Source: Candidatus Methylomirabilota bacterium
Lineage (GTDB): Bacteria > Desulfobacterota > Binatia > Bin18
Direction: 5' to 3'
NCBI GenBank assembly: GCA_035575235.1
Contig: DATLYA010000316.1
Span: forward strand, 32,245-96,244
DNA: 64,000 nucleotides
Position numbers and translations under genes: made by a program. The notes under the pieces are model-generated. The model was given only the letters and a program-made list of their open reading frames with translations, had not been told where the DNA came from and ran no database searches. Positions 25,480-35,179 of the stretch are shown piece by piece (positions within the stretch are counted from its first letter, which is position 1; each line of letters opens with the position of its first letter).

Positions 25480-26088
25480 TCACTGATTGGGAAGATAGTA
25501 AGAAAATCCTGCCAGGAAAATACTGGAATTCAAGCCGGCATTTTCCTTATAAATATTAGCGTTTGACATATGACGAAAACGCCACTCCGCGCTTAACGCT
25601 ACGCTATCACTGAGAAAATACGACAGCCCGAGACCAGCCGTCTCCATGAAGGTAAATTTCCCGCCGAGGTTATAACCGCGGAGATCTTTGTACATGACCC
25701 CCAGTCCTCCAATAACATAGGGGTATACATTCGTTCCCAAATTGAAGTAATAGGTGAGAACTGGCAGGGCAAGCCCGTATTCTGTCGAACCACTTGCCGT
25801 ATTCTTTTTCAATGAGACGATCCCCGACCCAAAGGGCTCAACGCCAATTTCAAAAGACCCGGCTGGAAAGACCCACGGTTGCCCCTTAAAGAGGGTATAG
25901 CCGATATGCACGTGGCCGTGGACCATATCTACCCCTTTATTGTCAAGGCTTTCACTATAACCGAAGCGTGGTCCAAAAGACCACGTCCCAGGAGTCGGCA
26001 AGAGGTCCGCCGCATTTGCCGGAGCACACGCCCAGAGCACGAATCCCCCAACTATCGCTCCCCAAAACCGCCAATGCCATATCGCCAT
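25480..26088 (-). CDS. Outer-membrane beta-barrel, PagL-like lipid A deacylase / acyloxyacyl hydrolase family
   Basis: Signal peptide (..WACAPANA). Alternating beta-strand pattern. WRFRHMSNANIYKENAGLN (H-x-S-N catalytic context). Terminal aromatic-rich strand. Confidence 0.65.
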   Translation of the reverse strand: MAIWHWRFWGAIVGGFVLWACAPANAADLLPTPGTWSFGPRFGYSESLDNKGVDMVHGHVHIGYTLFKGQPWVFPAGSFEIGVEPFGSGIVSLKKNTASGSTEYGLALPVLTYYFNLGTNVYPYVIGGLGVMYKDLRGYNLGGKFTFMETAGLGLSYFLSDSVALSAEWRFRHMSNANIYKENAGLNSSIFLAGFSYYLPNQ

Positions 26089-26156
26089 AACGACCCTCCT
26101 CTCACACCATCGGGAACCGCTCCTATCTCACTGCGAGGCATTTGGCAACGGGGCGT

Positions 26157-26621
26157 TCACACCTCCGTGCTCAAAGGAGTTTCGCAAAAGTCTTTATGTT
26201 CTTTATCCCAAACATAGGCTTTGATCGCCTTGACCTCTCGCTCATAAATGGAAATCACCAGATACGACGTCTCTGGATATGAGGGCTCATCACCAAACAT
26301 TGCTCGCGTTCTATCTTCGGCAGAAAAGTACGCCTCGTGATTAGGATGGGAATGATAAAACGCTTTCAGCTCAGCTCGCCCACTATCAACTTCTTTGAGC
26401 ACCGCTAGCAGCTCTTGTGGGTCCATAAAGTATGCGATCCGCGCGTCGCGCGGATAGCCTTGGGGATCTTTTGTGTGCATGGCGTTCTGAATGTTGGTAA
26501 TGCGACGCACTTCTTCGAGGCCGCCATGACTGAGGATGACGCCGCAACACTCATCGGGGAATGTGTCTTGAGCGTGGTGACAGATCGCGTCCCACGTCTG
26601 AGCGGAGAGATGCACCATCAT
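26157..26621 (-). CDS. JAMM/MPN+ metalloprotease-domain protein (Mov34 family)
   Basis: PDECCGVIL (Glu) and FYHSHPNHEAYFSAED (H-x-H-x7-S-x2-D). Confidence 0.75.
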   Translation of the reverse strand: MMVHLSAQTWDAICHHAQDTFPDECCGVILSHGGLEEVRRITNIQNAMHTKDPQGYPRDARIAYFMDPQELLAVLKEVDSGRAELKAFYHSHPNHEAYFSAEDRTRAMFGDEPSYPETSYLVISIYEREVKAIKAYVWDKEHKDFCETPLSTEV

Positions 26622-26721
26622 ATCAGCTCCTTCGTCCAGGTCAGAGTTCCATAGCCAGCAGCGCAGAAGACAGATAGATTAGGCGAACAACGCCGTCTTG
26701 GAAATAGCAGAAGGAGGAGCC

Positions 26722-27606
26722 ATGAAAGAATTCACCGATCGCGTAGCGGTCGTTACCGGAGGCGCTAGCGGCATTGGCCGGGCGATGGCGGACCGTTTTG
26801 CCGCTGCCGGCATGAGGATCGTACTGGCTGATATTGAAGAGAGCGCCTTACGGCAAGCGGAAGAAGAGATGCGCGCAAAGGGCGCAACCGTCCTCGGAGT
26901 TGTCACGGATGTGGCGAAAGCTGAATCAATTGAAGCGCTCGCCAAGAAGACGCTTGATACGTTTGGCGCCGTGCATATCGTCTGCAACAACGCAGGCGTA
27001 GGCGGAGGGTTTGGTCCGTCGTGGTCTCAACCCTTGCAAAATTGGCAATGGGGCTTTGGCGTGAACCTCTGGGGCGTCATTCACGGCATTCGCACCTTCG
27101 TGCCGCTCATGCTCAAGCAAGACACCGAAGGACACATTGTCAACACGGCATCCATGGCGGGACTGATCTCCGCGCCGTTCATGTCGGTGTACGACGCAAC
27201 GAAGTTTGCGGTAGTCACTATCTCGGAATCGCTCCACTTAGAATTAGCTCTGCAGAAGGCGAAAGTAAAAGTTTCTGTCTTGTGCCCCGGATTCGTCAAC
27301 ACCAACATCGCGACTTCGGAGCGCAACCGTCCAGCGCATTTGCAAGTCGACATGCCCCAGTTTTCTGAGACGGAGATGTCTTTCGCCGCCATGATGTTCG
27401 CCGGCATTGCCTCGGGAACGCCGCCGGCGGACGTGGCGGAGAAAGTCTTTACGGCGATTCAAAACGAACAGTTCTATATCCTGCCGCATCCAGAATTGTT
27501 GCCGGTCGTGCGCATGCGCATGGAGGCGATTTTAGAGCAACGGAATCCGCCATCGGTGTTTGACGGCTCATCGACGCCGTTTGCATTACCGGAGAATAAA
27601 GGATAG
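26722..27606 (+). CDS. Short-chain dehydrogenase/reductase (SDR)
   Basis: VTGGASGIGRA, NNAG, and Y-x3-K (YDATKFAV). ATG after AGGAGG. Confidence 0.85.
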   Translation: MKEFTDRVAVVTGGASGIGRAMADRFAAAGMRIVLADIEESALRQAEEEMRAKGATVLGVVTDVAKAESIEALAKKTLDTFGAVHIVCNNAGVGGGFGPSWSQPLQNWQWGFGVNLWGVIHGIRTFVPLMLKQDTEGHIVNTASMAGLISAPFMSVYDATKFAVVTISESLHLELALQKAKVKVSVLCPGFVNTNIATSERNRPAHLQVDMPQFSETEMSFAAMMFAGIASGTPPADVAEKVFTAIQNEQFYILPHPELLPVVRMRMEAILEQRNPPSVFDGSSTPFALPENKG

Positions 27607-27653
27607 ACGATGCCCTTGATCCTCATCCTGCATATCGTTCCAAAGGAGGCGTT

Positions 27654-28499
27654 ATGAAACTTGGTGTGACAATGTTCGCGACGGATTACGCCATGCGCCC
27701 GGACGACCTGGGGCGGGAATGCGAAGCGCGGGGGTTTGAATCGCTCTGGTTTCCGGAACACACGCACATCCCCGCCAGCCGCAAAAGCCCTTGGCCGGGG
27801 GGCGGCGAATTGCCCAAGGAATACTGGCATACGCATGATCTATTCGTGGCGTTGATGGCGGCCGCCGCCGTCACGAAGAAGATCAAGATCGGCAGCGGCA
27901 TTTGTTTAGTCATCGAACGCGACCCAATTCTCATGGCGAAGGAAGTCGCCTCGGTGGATGCGCTCTCGAATGGCCGTTTGCTCTTCGGCATTGGCGGCGG
28001 CTGGAACGCTGAGGAAATGGAACATCACGGCACGCCATTCAGGAAACGCTGGAAAGTGTTGCGTGAGCGCATCGAAGCGATGAAAGAGATCTGGGCCAAA
28101 GAAGAGGCCGAGTATCACGGAGAGTTTGTCAACTTCGATAAAATCTGGAGTTATCCCAAACCGGTGCAGAAGCCGAATCCGCCTATTCTGTTGGGCACCC
28201 TGACTCCCAAAGGCATCGATCGCGTGGTGCGTTATTGCGATGGGTGGATTCCGGTCGGCATTACGCCCAAGACCTTACCTGACGCCCAGAAAGAACTCAA
28301 AACTCGTGCGGAGCAAGCGGGACGGAAACTGTCAGACTTCCCTATCTCGATCTTCGGCGCTCCGGGCAAGGAAGACACGCTCAAACAATTCCAGGATCTC
28401 GGCGTCGATCGCGTGGTGCTGTGGTTGCCCTCGGCCGGTCCAGAGAAGATTCTGCCGATGCTTGATCAGTACGCCGCGCTCATTCCAAAGTTTGCGTGA
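27654..28499 (+). CDS. Luciferase-like monooxygenase (LLM) class oxidoreductase, probably F420-dependent
   Basis: MKLGVTMFATDYAMRPDDLGRECEARGFESLWFPEHTHIP is typical of the F420-type LLM subgroup. Confidence 0.8.
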   Translation: MKLGVTMFATDYAMRPDDLGRECEARGFESLWFPEHTHIPASRKSPWPGGGELPKEYWHTHDLFVALMAAAAVTKKIKIGSGICLVIERDPILMAKEVASVDALSNGRLLFGIGGGWNAEEMEHHGTPFRKRWKVLRERIEAMKEIWAKEEAEYHGEFVNFDKIWSYPKPVQKPNPPILLGTLTPKGIDRVVRYCDGWIPVGITPKTLPDAQKELKTRAEQAGRKLSDFPISIFGAPGKEDTLKQFQDLGVDRVVLWLPSAGPEKILPMLDQYAALIPKFA

Positions 28500-28505
28500 T
28501 CTTTT

Positions 28506-28534
28506 CGTAGGGGCGAGGCGACCTCGCCCCTACG
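28506..28534. repeat. Perfect palindrome CGTAGGGGCGAGG-CGA-CCTCGCCCCTACG
   Basis: 13-bp stem with a 3-nt loop, 7 nt after the LLM stop and with no T-tract. Same GTAGGGGCG..CCCCTAC family as 9668-9690. Confidence 0.7.
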
Positions 28535-28582
28535 ATTCATCGCCTCTGCTCCACACCAGGCACGACCAAAGGAGGGCTTGTC

Positions 28583-29737
28583 ATGCTGGACTACAAAATT
28601 ATCTCTGGCGATAGCCATATCGTCGAACCACCAGATCTTTATTCCAGCCGCATGGACTCGAAGATGAGAGAACGCGCGCCGCGCATCAAACGGCAGAAGA
28701 ATGATCAGGGTGTAGAATTCGATGCGTGGTTTATCGGAGACCAACAAGTGGTGACTTTAGGCGCGGTGACCCAGGCAGGGCGGCGGTTCGACGATCCAGA
28801 AAAAATCGACTTCGTGGGCGTGTGGGAAGACGTGCGCGAAGGCGCGTATCAGCCGGACGCCATGCTCAAGGAGTTGGAAATCGACGGCGTATGGGGAGCG
28901 ATTGTCCAGCCGAGCCAGGGACTCTTCTGGTACCATCTCGAAGATAGTGAACTCCTATCGGCGATCTGTCGGGCGTACAATGACTGGATTGCCGATTTCA
29001 GTCGTCCCCATCCGAATCGACTCAAAGGCATCGGCATGCTGAATGTCGATAATGTGCCCGAAGCCTGCGCTGAACTCGAACGGTGCGCCAAGCTAGGTCT
29101 TGCAGGGATGTTCATCCCTGTCACGCCGCTGCCGGAACAACCTTATCGCCATCCCATGTACGAACGACTGTGGGCGACGGCGCAAGACCTACAAACGCCG
29201 CTGCTGATGCACCTCGCCACGCAGCGCGCCAATGTCCCAGGTTGTGAAATTTCTATGGACTTCAAAACCTTCACCGCCGCTGGTCTGCGTCCGACGCAAG
29301 ACTATTGGGTGCGCTACTCGATGACCGCTATGATTTTTGCTGGCGTGTTTGAACGCTACCCGAAGTTGCGCGTCGGCTCCGTCGAACACGAGGCGTCGTG
29401 GGCCCCACACTGGTTACGGCAAATGGACTACACGTACAGAGAGCGGCCCGTGTATCGCGGTTATCAATCCAAGGAGGGCTTCTTGCCAAGCGACTACTGG
29501 CGGCGCAACCTGTTTGCCGTTTTTCAGGAGGACGACGTCAGCGTTGAATTGCGACATCGCATTGGCGTGGACAATTTGATTTGGGGCAACGACTTTCCTC
29601 ATTCCGAATCGACCTGGCCGCGCTCCCAGCAATTTCTGGAGAATATGTTCAAAGAGGTTCCGGAGCACGAATTTCGCAAGATGACGTGTGACAACGCCGC
29701 GCGGCTCTTTCACTTCGACCTGACGCAATTGTCATAA
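28583..29737 (+). CDS. Amidohydrolase-2 family protein (ACMSD-like metal-dependent hydrolase/decarboxylase)
   Basis: IISGDSHIVEP N-terminal metal motif and ...NLIWGNDFPHSEST C-terminal motif. Confidence 0.8.
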   Translation: MLDYKIISGDSHIVEPPDLYSSRMDSKMRERAPRIKRQKNDQGVEFDAWFIGDQQVVTLGAVTQAGRRFDDPEKIDFVGVWEDVREGAYQPDAMLKELEIDGVWGAIVQPSQGLFWYHLEDSELLSAICRAYNDWIADFSRPHPNRLKGIGMLNVDNVPEACAELERCAKLGLAGMFIPVTPLPEQPYRHPMYERLWATAQDLQTPLLMHLATQRANVPGCEISMDFKTFTAAGLRPTQDYWVRYSMTAMIFAGVFERYPKLRVGSVEHEASWAPHWLRQMDYTYRERPVYRGYQSKEGFLPSDYWRRNLFAVFQEDDVSVELRHRIGVDNLIWGNDFPHSESTWPRSQQFLENMFKEVPEHEFRKMTCDNAARLFHFDLTQLS

Positions 29738-29762
29738 AGCATTTTCGAATGAGGACGGATAA

Positions 29763-29837
29763 GTCATTGCGAGGAGTCGCAGACGACGAAGCAAGCTTTG
29801 TCTTTCCTTGAAATTGCTTCGCGACGCTGGCAATGAC
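29763..29837. repeat. Inverted repeat GTCATTGCGAGG..GAAGCAA / TTGCTTC..GCAATGAC
   Basis: The left arm is gtcattgcgaggagtcgcagacgacgaagcaa. The right arm is ttgcttcgcgacgctggcaatgac. Confidence 0.55.
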
Positions 29838-29864
29838 ATCTGACTCTCACGACACCCCCTTGCC

Positions 29865-30803
29865 CTATCGCACCTTATGCAACAACTCCTCCCCTTTCAC
29901 ATACCGCCGCAAATTCTCCAGCCATAACTCAGCCACACGCGGGACATACAGGGGAGACGACCAGGCGTTGTGCGGTGTGATAAACACTCGCGGCGTGTCC
30001 CAGAGGTCATCCTCAGCCGGCCAGGGTTCTTGCGGCAAGACGTCCAGACAGGCTTGCCGAATCTGCTTCTGTGCTAGCGCCTCCCGCAAGGCGGCGAGAT
30101 CGACAACGGAGCCGCGCGCCACGTTAATCAGTGTCGCCGTCGGCTTCATCAACGCCAGTTCGTTTCGTCCAATCAGATTAGCGGTCGCGGCGTTAGCAGG
30201 AACAGCTAAGATAACGAAATCCGCCTCCGGCAAGAAGCGGGGAAGATCACGAAGTGTTCCTTGCTCGTCAACGTCGGCAATCCGGGCTGTGGATGAGCGA
30301 ACGCCAAGCACGCGCATGCCAAACGCTTTCGCCAAAGCGGCAACGCGCGCGCCGATCGCGCCAAGGCCGACAACGAGTATGGTCTTATCGCTGAGACTTT
30401 CAAGCCTCAGCAGCCGCCACTGGTGAGCGCGCTGTTGTGTGTGCAACTCGCCGAGTCGTTTCGCGGACCACAATACCAGGGCCAAGGCGAATTCGGCAAC
30501 TTCAACCGCATTGGCCCCAGGACTGTGCGTCACGGTGACGCCGCGGGCGCGCATCGTGTCGTAAAAGAAACCATCCGTGCCCGCGTCTTCCGTATGCGCC
30601 CAGCGGAGTTGCGGGAGGTTCACAACTTGTTTGACTAGCGCGCCGGTGTACGCATCACCTGCCAGAACCAGCAAATCACACTCATCTGGCGCTTCGGACC
30701 AGGAGCCGCTTGTGTCAACGAACGCCCACCTGAGGTCAGGCGCAAGCGCTTGTACGCGGGCTCTCACTAATTCGTAGAAACTATGACCGGCAGCAACCTT
30801 CAT
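29865..30803 (-). CDS. D-isomer-specific 2-hydroxyacid dehydrogenase family protein
   Basis: GLGAIGARVA NAD motif and ...NVARG..VD... motif. The start at 30803 makes an ATGA overlap with the upstream gene. Confidence 0.8.
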   Translation of the reverse strand: MKVAAGHSFYELVRARVQALAPDLRWAFVDTSGSWSEAPDECDLLVLAGDAYTGALVKQVVNLPQLRWAHTEDAGTDGFFYDTMRARGVTVTHSPGANAVEVAEFALALVLWSAKRLGELHTQQRAHQWRLLRLESLSDKTILVVGLGAIGARVAALAKAFGMRVLGVRSSTARIADVDEQGTLRDLPRFLPEADFVILAVPANAATANLIGRNELALMKPTATLINVARGSVVDLAALREALAQKQIRQACLDVLPQEPWPAEDDLWDTPRVFITPHNAWSSPLYVPRVAELWLENLRRYVKGEELLHKVR

Positions 30804-31348
30804 AACGTGAAAAACAGCTCTTTCCCTGGATTCGCCAACCCAACCGATTCGCCCAAGCGAATGATCCGCGCTGCAAGTTTCCCTGGCGCAAGGTCGAGGA
30901 GTCCCACGGTTCCTAACCGTGTGGACCACAGATGTGGATGCGTCGGACTGCCGGAGTTCATTTGCAGGACGCCATCGCGATAATCCAAGCGCTCAAAATG
31001 CGTGTGGCCGGTAATGAAGATATCCGCGTGCCGGCCCTTTAGATGATACCGCTTTAATTCTTCAATTGGGCGCTCTTCCGGCTCCATGTCATGAAGCATG
31101 ACGAGACGCCAGCCTTCGAGATTCAACCAGTGAATGTCTTGAACACGCGGATCATCCCAGCCGCAATCGTTATTGCCGCGCGCCGCCAACACGGGAGCAA
31201 TCTGCTCCAGCCAGTCCAGCACACGCGGTGAGACGATATCGCCGCCGTGAAGAATCAAGTCTACGCCAGTAAATACATCTCGCACTTCATCCCACAGCTC
31301 GCGGATGGCGCCGGGAAGGTGAGTGTCGGTTAAGAGACCGATGCGCAT
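30800..31348 (-). CDS. Metallophosphoesterase (YfcE/MJ0936-like)
   Basis: MRIGLLTDTHL, HGGDIV, GNND, GHTH motifs. Confidence 0.8.
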   Translation of the reverse strand: MRIGLLTDTHLPGAIRELWDEVRDVFTGVDLILHGGDIVSPRVLDWLEQIAPVLAARGNNDCGWDDPRVQDIHWLNLEGWRLVMLHDMEPEERPIEELKRYHLKGRHADIFITGHTHFERLDYRDGVLQMNSGSPTHPHLWSTRLGTVGLLDLAPGKLAARIIRLGESVGLANPGKELFFTL

Positions 31349-31367
31349 AAGAGGCCGTCCAAGCCAG

Positions 31368-31420
31368 GATCACGCACCACGCATCACGCATCACGTAGTA
31401 CGTGAAACGTGGTGCGCGAG
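31368..31420. repeat. ACGCA/TGCGT-rich inverted repeat family, copy 4
   Basis: gatcacgcaccacgcatcacgcatcacgta-g-tacgtgaaacgtggtgcgcgag. cgcaccacg pairs with cgtggtgcg. Confidence 0.55.
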
Positions 31421-31444
31421 AATGCGCGTTTCCGGCATGTTTTG

Positions 31445-32611
31445 TCAGTTGAGGTTATAACACTCTCTTACATTCTTCCCCAGAATCTTGGGGCGGGCGG
31501 ATTCCGGCAGCAAACTGACAAGCCGTTGCAGGTTGGGAATGTACTCCGGCGGATGATCGCTATGCGGAAAATCGCTCGCCCAGAAGAAACGGTCTTCTCC
31601 GACAAACGGAATCACTCCGGCCAGAGCACGCTCATCCGGATCGCCTGAGATCCAACATTGCCGGCGGAAGTATTCGCTGGGTTTGTGCTTGAGCGGCACG
31701 CTCTTGCCGATCGGCGATTCGTACACGGCGTCCATGCGCTCCAGCCAGTAGCCGATCCACCCTGCGCCGATCTCCAGAATCACCACGCGCAATTCTGGAA
31801 ATTTGTCAAACACGCCATACTGAAAGAGCGAGGTGAAACCTTCGCGAATCACGTTGCCGAGCACAACGTTTTGAAAAAACGCGGTGTCGCGCCCGGTCAT
31901 CTTCCCGAAGCGCGTCGGCGCGGCCCAGTGCGGCTCGAAGGAGGGATGAATGCCGAACGGCAATCCCAGCTCCTGCGCAGCGGCAAAGACGCGGTCATGA
32001 TCAGGATGACCATGCGCCTTGCGGCTCCAAATGAACGGCGGCGTGAAAAACCCCTTGACTCCATCACGCGCCGCGCGGCGCAATTCTTGTTCCGCCAGTT
32101 CTGGCGCTCCTAAAGGAATATGCGCGATGGGAATGAGCCGCCCGTTTGACTCGGAGCAGAGATCCACGATCCACCGGTTGTACGCCCGCGCATAGGCCAT
32201 CGAGAGTTCGAGATCCTCACATTCAGGCTCCCACAACAACCCGAGCGTAGGATAGAGCAACGCGCACTCAATATTCTCGATATCCAATCGCTTGAGGCGT
32301 TCTCTCGCGTCCATCGAACCAAACGAGGCATTATCGACATAGCCTGAACCGGTAGGCTCGCGTTTGTACTCGATACCGCCAAGTTGATCCATCACGCCGA
32401 GAAACGACGGCGCACCGCCCCGTGTCATCTTGGCGGGTTTGCCGTCCACTTCAAGATATTCGAGCCCACGTTCGTCTTTGCGAATCCGCACCGCCCGATC
32501 GCGGTGCTTCGGCTCAAGGTATTTCTCCCACAGATCCGGCGCTTCGAGGATATGGCCGTCAGCATCAACCACGCCGGAGTAGGGAATGCGAGGCAAATTT
32601 TCCGGTGTCAT
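31445..32611 (-). CDS. Amidohydrolase-2 family protein
   Basis: VVDADGHILE N-terminal motif and ...FFWASDFPHSDH C-terminal motif. Paralogous in type to 28583..29737. Confidence 0.8.
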   Translation of the reverse strand: MTPENLPRIPYSGVVDADGHILEAPDLWEKYLEPKHRDRAVRIRKDERGLEYLEVDGKPAKMTRGGAPSFLGVMDQLGGIEYKREPTGSGYVDNASFGSMDARERLKRLDIENIECALLYPTLGLLWEPECEDLELSMAYARAYNRWIVDLCSESNGRLIPIAHIPLGAPELAEQELRRAARDGVKGFFTPPFIWSRKAHGHPDHDRVFAAAQELGLPFGIHPSFEPHWAAPTRFGKMTGRDTAFFQNVVLGNVIREGFTSLFQYGVFDKFPELRVVILEIGAGWIGYWLERMDAVYESPIGKSVPLKHKPSEYFRRQCWISGDPDERALAGVIPFVGEDRFFWASDFPHSDHPPEYIPNLQRLVSLLPESARPKILGKNVRECYNLN

Positions 32612-32680
32612 CGTTCAGGTCCTCCCTTCGCGATCGGATTCGATCTTACCAGGGGGCGTTGAACGTGCAAGCGGGAATTC

Positions 32681-33823
32681 TTATTCCCGCTGTTCCACTC
32701 TTCGTAAATTCTGTAGCGCGACCTCATCCCCCTGCGCCGCCGCCTGGCGATACCACCGCACGGCCTCTGTAAGGTCTTTCCCCACACCCTGGCCGGTTTC
32801 GTAGAGCGCGCCAAGATTATTCTGCGCTCCAGCATGCCCCTGCTCAGCGGCGCGGCGATACCACCGCGCCGCTTCAGCATAGTCTTGCTTCACGCCGTAA
32901 CCATTTTGATACATCACTCCCAGATTATGCTGCGCCATGACATACCCTTGCTCGGCCGCCCGGCGATACCACTTGACCGCCTCGCCATAGTCTTGCGCAA
33001 CGCCTGCGCCTTCCTCGTACAATGCGCCGAGCAGATCTTGCGCTTCAGCATGTCCCTGCTCAGCCGCTTTGCGATACCAGCGTGCAGCTTCTATCAGGTT
33101 TTTCTCGACCCCGCGGCCATTCTGATATAACACCCCCAAGTTGTATTGGGCTGTCAGTTCTTGTTGGTTTGCAGCCTGACGATACCATTTCACGGCCTCT
33201 GTTAAATCCTGAGCGACGCCCAAACCATTTTCATACATATAACCGAGCCCATTCTGCGCCATCGCCAGCCCCTGCGCCGCCGCCTTCCGATACCACTGCA
33301 CGGCTTCGGCAAAGTCCTGCTCGACTCCCCACCCATTCTGATACATGACTCCGAGGTTAAACTGCGCCACCGCAGAATTCTGCGCCGCCGCTCTTCGATA
33401 CCACTGCACGGCTTCAGCATAATCTTGTTGAACCCCACGGCCCTTGCCGTACATCACACCGAGATAGTTCTGCGCCTCGACATATCCCCGATCGGCGGCT
33501 CTGCGGAACCAGCGCACGGCTTCGGCGTCATCTTGCGGAACCCCATCGCCTTGGAAATATTGCCTTCCCTTCTTGTACGCCGCATCAGCGTCGCCTAGGA
33601 TGTTTGAGGCAGACGGAGGGAGCGATTGCTCGTTAGAGCGCCCTTCTTCTCTTTCTTCTTCAAATTGTGAAACACCCTGCTCTTCATCTTCTTCTGGGGG
33701 GGCAAGCGTTGGCCGACGTTCTTCCTCCGCTCTCCTCCGTTCCCGCCGGGACACATCGCTCCAGAGAAGCAGGAGGGCGACACCGACAAGAGCAAGTATT
33801 TTGTGTTTCCGCTGCAAAGCCAT
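32681..33823 (-). CDS. Sel1-repeat (SLR/TPR-like) protein with N-terminal membrane anchor
   Basis: About 8 consecutive 36-aa units of the form AEAVxWYRRAAEQGxxxAQxNLGVMYxNGxGVxQDx. Confidence 0.85.
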   Translation of the reverse strand: MALQRKHKILALVGVALLLLWSDVSRRERRRAEEERRPTLAPPEEDEEQGVSQFEEEREEGRSNEQSLPPSASNILGDADAAYKKGRQYFQGDGVPQDDAEAVRWFRRAADRGYVEAQNYLGVMYGKGRGVQQDYAEAVQWYRRAAAQNSAVAQFNLGVMYQNGWGVEQDFAEAVQWYRKAAAQGLAMAQNGLGYMYENGLGVAQDLTEAVKWYRQAANQQELTAQYNLGVLYQNGRGVEKNLIEAARWYRKAAEQGHAEAQDLLGALYEEGAGVAQDYGEAVKWYRRAAEQGYVMAQHNLGVMYQNGYGVKQDYAEAARWYRRAAEQGHAGAQNNLGALYETGQGVGKDLTEAVRWYRQAAAQGDEVALQNLRRVEQRE

Positions 33824-33846
33824 AGGGCGCAGCCTCGGTTTCGTAC

Positions 33847-34566
33847 TTAGCAGCTCAACCGCTCTACTGCGACGGCTAGAGGCTCTTCTTGCACCTCTCC
33901 ATTGACGACTCTCACCTGATATGCTCCGGCTTTTTCGCGCGGCGTCACCATGCGATACGGCCCCGTCCCACGAAAATGCACGCCCACGCCGTCATCAATA
34001 GCAACACCAGGCAGAATTTCGTTTTCAAAGATAAGGCGGTGGTACGAGGGGCGGCGGTCAACTTCCCCGTCGTAGTGGGGACAACAACTGCCGGGCAGAA
34101 AACCAAGACAATCAAGCGGCAAGAGTACGTCAGCCACGGAATCCGTCACTCCCTGGGCAAACCAACAAATCGCCCCGGCGCTGCGACCGGCGAGAACGAT
34201 ACCCGACTCCCACGCTTCTCGTAAAATCTCCGGCAACCCCCACTCGCGCCATACGGCCAGCATGCTGCGGGTGTTGCCGCCGCCGACGTAGATGACGTCT
34301 TGGCTCAAGAGCAATGAGCGCAAGTCTTGCGGCGTGCGGCGAAAGAAGACCAAGTGCGACAGCCTGCACGGCAACTGCGAAAAGATAGTGTAGAAGCGCA
34401 GCAGCGAGGCGTCCGAATCGCCGTTGGCAGTGGGGATGAAACACACCGCCGGTTCTTTCGCGCGCGCCTGGCTAACGACGTACCGATCCAGTGCGCGTGT
34501 TTGCGCATCGGTTAAAAATCCACTGCCGCCAATGGCAATAATGTGTCGTTGATCGCGGGCGTTCAT
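33847..34566 (-). CDS. Peptidase S51 family (dipeptidase E / cyanophycinase-like)
   Basis: ...IIAIGGSGF..., ...IYVGGGNTRSMLAVW..., ...LAGRSAGAICW (nucleophile Ser context). ATG at 34566. Confidence 0.7.
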   Translation of the reverse strand: MNARDQRHIIAIGGSGFLTDAQTRALDRYVVSQARAKEPAVCFIPTANGDSDASLLRFYTIFSQLPCRLSHLVFFRRTPQDLRSLLLSQDVIYVGGGNTRSMLAVWREWGLPEILREAWESGIVLAGRSAGAICWFAQGVTDSVADVLLPLDCLGFLPGSCCPHYDGEVDRRPSYHRLIFENEILPGVAIDDGVGVHFRGTGPYRMVTPREKAGAYQVRVVNGEVQEEPLAVAVERLSC

Positions 34567-34589
34567 ATTTTGAGAGGCAGCTTTTTTCT

Positions 34590-35081
34590 TTACACAACAC
34601 AATGACAACCACACTCCAATACAACGTCCACGGGAGATATTTTGCGGGAGGTCCCGTCTTTACGGACATGGAGAACGAGCAACGTATAGGGATCAAAAAC
34701 CACAACGTCTTTCACTCCCTGAGACAAATAAAAATGCGGGCCGATTTCCAGATCCTTTGCCTCATAGCCCTTGCTCACGATCTCGATCACCGCCTCCGGG
34801 ACAATCTTGATCGCTTCATCCTCCTCCGCCGGCTCTTGACAAAAGATAGCGATATCAGGCCGTTTCAACGAACCATCGGGGAAGTTGACGTACACATCAG
34901 AGATATGAACACACTGACACTCTGAATGCTGCCGGAGGGAAGAGCCCTTCTGAATCGTCGCGCGAATGCGGTCTATGGCCTTTTGATGCCGATAGAGCGG
35001 GTGCGGCTCCCAGATCGGTAAACCAGCCACAATCTCCAGGCGGATGCCAAGTTCATCGGCGCGGAGGAATTTTGCGTCCAT
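34590..35081 (-). CDS. Uma2-family (DUF820) endonuclease-like protein
   Basis: ...KRPDIAIF....VPEAVIEIVSKGYEAKDLEIGPHFYLSQGVKDVVVFDP has the PD..(E)xK-type core typical of Uma2. Confidence 0.7.
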   Translation of the reverse strand: MDAKFLRADELGIRLEIVAGLPIWEPHPLYRHQKAIDRIRATIQKGSSLRQHSECQCVHISDVYVNFPDGSLKRPDIAIFCQEPAEEDEAIKIVPEAVIEIVSKGYEAKDLEIGPHFYLSQGVKDVVVFDPYTLLVLHVRKDGTSRKISPVDVVLECGCHCVV

Positions 35082-35179
35082 ACCAATTGCTCTGTTATGG
35101 GCGGAACCTGCTCTGTTTTATTTGCTGCGGTTTTTCTATTGCTCTCTCTCTGGAAAGGAGACCTATAGCCGAACAGACG

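Noticed and set aside
26157-26621. A functional link between the JAMM/MPN+ protease and the MoaD/ThiS-like protein at 3257..3499, as a ubiquitin-like modifier or sulfur-carrier processing system.
   Set aside because: The genes are 23 kb apart, on different strands and in different operons. The MoaD-like ORF already ends in GG, so no C-terminal processing is needed.
33847-35081. A mobile element or genomic island signal, from the Uma2 endonuclease-like gene, DUF433, the SprT-like protein and the many inverted repeats.
   Set aside because: No integrase, transposase, tRNA attachment site or direct flanking repeats were recognised. These small genes are common chromosomal residents.
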